Assembly (NCBI GenBank): GCA_963789955.1
Contig: CAWBMV010000006.1
Coordinates: 96,001 to 160,000, forward strand
Length of the DNA stretch: 64,000 nucleotides
Direction of reading: 5' to 3'
Source of the DNA: an uncultured Candidatus Rokubacteria bacterium
Lineage (GTDB): Bacteria > Methylomirabilota > Methylomirabilia > Rokubacteriales > CSP1-6
In this document: one piece after another, positions 60,235 to 64,000 of the stretch
Layout of the letters: the number at the start of each line of letters is the position of its first letter
Position numbering within the stretch: the first letter of the stretch is position 1
Made by a program: the position numbers and the translations under genes
Notes under the pieces: generated by a model
What the model saw: only the letters and a program-made list of their open reading frames with translations
Database searches by the model: none
Told to the model about the DNA's origin: nothing

Positions 60235-62031
60235 TCAAGACTGCCGGTACCAGTATGCGAGGCGCCACAGATACGAATCCCACCCCGAGAGGTCGTTGCC
60301 CTTGAGGCGATTCGATACTCCCGCGACGGCGTTGCGCCACACGATCGGAATCACGACGACGTTCTGGGTGAGCATGTCGTTCATCCGGATGATCAGGGCG
60401 GCACGCTTGGCCGGGTCCATCTCGCTCTCGGCGGCCTTCCAGATCCGATCGTACTCCTCGTTCCGCCAGCGCGTGGTGTTGCGCCGCGCCCACTTGTTCT
60501 CTTTCGAGCACACCTCCGCCGAGGTGAAGTTCGACATGAAGGTCTGCGGATCGGGCGCGTTCGGCCCGGTGCTGTACATCTGGAGGTCGGCGTAGAACTT
60601 GGTGTAGGTGTCGGGGTTGGCGACGTCGGACGAGAAGAAGACGGACGAGACGACGGACTTCAGCTCGACCTCGATGCCCGCCTTCGCGCAGGCTTGCTTC
60701 ACGATGGACTGCGTCTTCTGGCGCTCCGGGTTGATCGAGGTCTGGAACACGAGCTTGAGCCGCTTGCCATCCTTGCCCCGGACACCGTCCGCGCCGCGGC
60801 GCCAGCCGGCGCCGTCGAGGATCTGATTGGCGCGGTCGACGCTGAATTCCCAGCGCATGTTCGGCGAGCGAAAGCGCGGCGGCCCGTTGAGGAAGTTCGG
60901 CGTCGCCTGACCCTGGCGGCCGTAGATCTCCTCGTGGATGGCGCCGCGGTCGACCAGGAGATTCAATGCCGAGCGGACCGCGGGGTCGGTCAGGAACGGG
61001 TGAGTGGTCTTGATGGACGACCGCTCGCCGTCGACCTCTTTCCACGGGTCCGTGTTGTTGAGCTGCATGTGCTCGATGGCGCCACCGGTCGCGATGTCGA
61101 GATGGCCTTTGCCGCCTTGCTCGAATCGTTTCAGCACGTCGTCCGCCACCTGCATGTTCCAGGCGAAGTCGTACTCGCCCGTCTGGAGCACGGCGCGGGC
61201 CGCGGACGCGGCGTCACCGCCGCCTTTCATCTCGAACTGGTCGAAGAACGGGCGATTCGGGACGTGGTACGCGGGATTGATCTCGCCCCGGACGAGATCG
61301 CCCGGCCTGAAATCGACGAAGCGGTAGGGTCCGGTGCCGACCGGTTTCAGGTTGGTCGGCGCCTCGCGCGACTTGTCGCCCTTGAAGGCCTGGAAGAGAT
61401 GCTTGGGGATGATCATGCCGCGTGCCCCGCAGAAGGCGTCGAACCAGAAGGGGTTCGGATTCTTGAACGACAGTCGGACGGTGTGGCTATCGACCTTCTC
61501 GACCCGCTCGATATCGCGGTAGGTCGTGATCGTGACGGCCGCGGTGGCCGGGTCGGCCGCGTATTCCCAGTTGAAGACGAGATCGTCGGCGGTGAACGGC
61601 TTTCCGTCGTGCCAGGTCACACCGCGCTTGAGCTTCCAGGTGACCGATTTCCCGTCGCGCGCCAGGCCGCCGTTCTCGACCGTCGGAATCTCCTGGGCAA
61701 GGATGGGGAAGAGATTGCCTTCGGGATCGAACGCCGCGAGCGGCTCGTAGAACACGCGCGAGCCGTCCTGGTCCTTGGTGCCGACCGCGAAGTGCGGGTT
61801 GAGCAGGGTCGGCGCCTGCCACCAGAGCACCTTGAGTTGCCCGCCGCCGCCCCGCCGAGTCGGGGCGAACCCATCGCTTCGCGGCTGGGCCTCGAGCTTC
61901 GCGGCACCGAGAAGCTGCGCCGCGATCGGCGCGCTGAGGCCGAGGCCGACCATGAGCCGGGTGAAGGCGCGGCGCGAGAGACGGGCGGCTCGAACGTCCG
62001 CGATGAGGTCGTGGATCTGTCGTTCGTCCAT
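60235..62031 (-). CDS. Peptide ABC substrate-binding protein, family 5 (tandem paralog)
   Basis: LSRRAF, WHDGKPFTADDL, GTGPY; SD AGGAGG. Confidence 0.93.
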   Translation of the reverse strand: MDERQIHDLIADVRAARLSRRAFTRLMVGLGLSAPIAAQLLGAAKLEAQPRSDGFAPTRRGGGGQLKVLWWQAPTLLNPHFAVGTKDQDGSRVFYEPLAAFDPEGNLFPILAQEIPTVENGGLARDGKSVTWKLKRGVTWHDGKPFTADDLVFNWEYAADPATAAVTITTYRDIERVEKVDSHTVRLSFKNPNPFWFDAFCGARGMIIPKHLFQAFKGDKSREAPTNLKPVGTGPYRFVDFRPGDLVRGEINPAYHVPNRPFFDQFEMKGGGDAASAARAVLQTGEYDFAWNMQVADDVLKRFEQGGKGHLDIATGGAIEHMQLNNTDPWKEVDGERSSIKTTHPFLTDPAVRSALNLLVDRGAIHEEIYGRQGQATPNFLNGPPRFRSPNMRWEFSVDRANQILDGAGWRRGADGVRGKDGKRLKLVFQTSINPERQKTQSIVKQACAKAGIEVELKSVVSSVFFSSDVANPDTYTKFYADLQMYSTGPNAPDPQTFMSNFTSAEVCSKENKWARRNTTRWRNEEYDRIWKAAESEMDPAKRAALIIRMNDMLTQNVVVIPIVWRNAVAGVSNRLKGNDLSGWDSYLWRLAYWYRQS

Positions 62032-62242
62032 GAGATCGTCCTCCTGCCGGTGGCCGTCGGGCGTCCCGTCGGCGGGCGCATGCTTCCGTCGCCGGGTCTG
62101 CTCGTCGGTGAGGACTCGCGCGGGCCAGCCAGGTCCGCCTACTATATGCAAGCGCCCGGGTCGGAGCAAATCGGCGCCCGGCCTGTATTGGTATACTTTT
62201 GCGAGTTTCTTTCGGCACGACCGGAAGGATAGGAGGGCAGGG

Positions 62243-62871
<629 letters not shown>

Positions 62872-62875
<4 letters not shown>

Positions 62876-63612
62876 CGAGTGAGTCGCTCGGCTTCGCGGT
62901 CGCGTTCACGGCGGGATTGTTCTCGTTCCTGTCGCCGTGCGTGCTGCCGCTCTTTCCGTCGTACGTGTCGTTCATCACGGGCATGTCCGTCGCCGACCTC
63001 ACCGCGGAGCTCTCGGCCGCGGCGCGCCGCCGGGTTCTGATCCACGCGGTCGCCTTCGTCCTGGGCTTCTCGCTCGTCTTCGTCGCGCTCGGCGCTTCGT
63101 TCAGCGCCGCGGGGCAGTTCCTGCTCGACTACCGCGACTGGATCCGTCGTATCGGCGGCGCGCTCATCGTGATCTTCGGGCTCTACATCGTGGGTGTTCT
63201 CAGGATCGGCTTCTTCGGACGCTCGCAGCAATGGCAGCTCCGCGAGAAGCCGGCGGGATACCTCGGCTCCCTCGCGGTGGGCATCACGTTCGCGATCGGC
63301 TGGACGCCGTGCGTGGGCCCGATCCTCGGCGCGATCCTGTCGCTGGCCGGGACGGCCGAGACGGTCAAGCGCGGCATCGGCCTCCTGGTCGCCTACTCGG
63401 CGGGGCTCGGGCTGCCGTTCCTGATCTCAGCGGCGGCGCTCGGTCCGTTCCTGGCGTTCTTCAAGCGCTATCGCCGGTTCATCCCCGTCGTCGAGCGCGC
63501 GGCCGGCGTGGTCCTCGTCGTCGTCGGTGTCCTCGTCTTCACGAACTACTACGTCGTGCTGAACTCCTGGGCGGTCTCGCTCACCCCCGACTGGCTCCTC
63601 AAGCGGCTGTAG
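62872..63612 (+). CDS. ccdA: Cytochrome c biogenesis/disulfide transporter CcdA
   Basis: SFLSPCVLP and GWTPCVGP. Confidence 0.93.
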
Positions 63613-63616
63613 CCGC

Positions 63617-64000
63617 GTGCGCGTTCACGTCCGAGTTCCCGCGACGTCAGCGAACCTCGGTCCCGGCTTCGACGCTCTCGGGCTCGCGCTCGCTCTCTAC
63701 AACGAGGTCGTCGCCGAGGAACGCGACGGCGTGACCGTCACGATCGAGGGGGAGGGCGCCGACCGCCTCGCCCGCGACGGCGGCAACGTGGTCGCGCGGG
63801 GCGTCAAGCTCGCCTACGAGGCCGCGGGACACGCGTTCAAGGGTTGCGCGCTCGAGTGTGTGAACCGCATCCCGACCGCGCGCGGCCTCGGATCGAGCGC
63901 CGCCGCCTGGGTCGGAGGCCTCGTGGCGGGCAACGCGCTGGTGGGATCGCCGCTCTCGCGGGAGGCGCTGCTGGGGCTCGCGGCGCGGGCGGAGGGCCAC
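63617..64000 (+). CDS. thrB: Homoserine kinase (3' end outside window)
   Basis: VPATSANLGPGFDALGLAL, IPTARGLGSSAAA (GHMP motif); not in the ORF track because it has no stop in the window. Confidence 0.93.
   Translation, partial: MRVHVRVPATSANLGPGFDALGLALALYNEVVAEERDGVTVTIEGEGADRLARDGGNVVARGVKLAYEAAGHAFKGCALECVNRIPTARGLGSSAAAWVGGLVAGNALVGSPLSREALLGLAARAEGH

Overview
This is a very GC-rich, gene-dense bacterial chromosomal segment with about 70 genes. I saw no rRNA, tRNA, CRISPR array, prophage or IS element. The gene content (Liv- and Dpp-type ABC systems, DUF1207, LAB_N, UGSC, DRR/ERR-motif hypothetical) would fit a diderm such as Ca. Rokubacteria/Methylomirabilota, but that is inference only. 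More than 25 apparent single-base frameshifts split or fuse otherwise intact genes, which looks like an unpolished long-read assembly, so many coordinates below are reconstructed across frames. Highlights: (1) two probable selenoprotein genes hidden by in-frame TGA codons, a DsbA-like UxxC protein (TGA 32187-32189) and a UGSC protein (TGA 51642-51644), each with a SECIS-like hairpin right after the UGA; (2) an unannotated 29-codon ORF encoding a signal peptide plus the pentapeptide WFRTP, directly upstream of an atypical clpS and a membrane protein with PmoC-like D-x3-H-x12-H motifs, a candidate new peptide-signalling module; (3) a UbiD/cyclase/ABC/hydrolase catabolic island of unknown substrate; (4) a ~92-bp intergenic tandem repeat; (5) widespread leaderless-type promoters.
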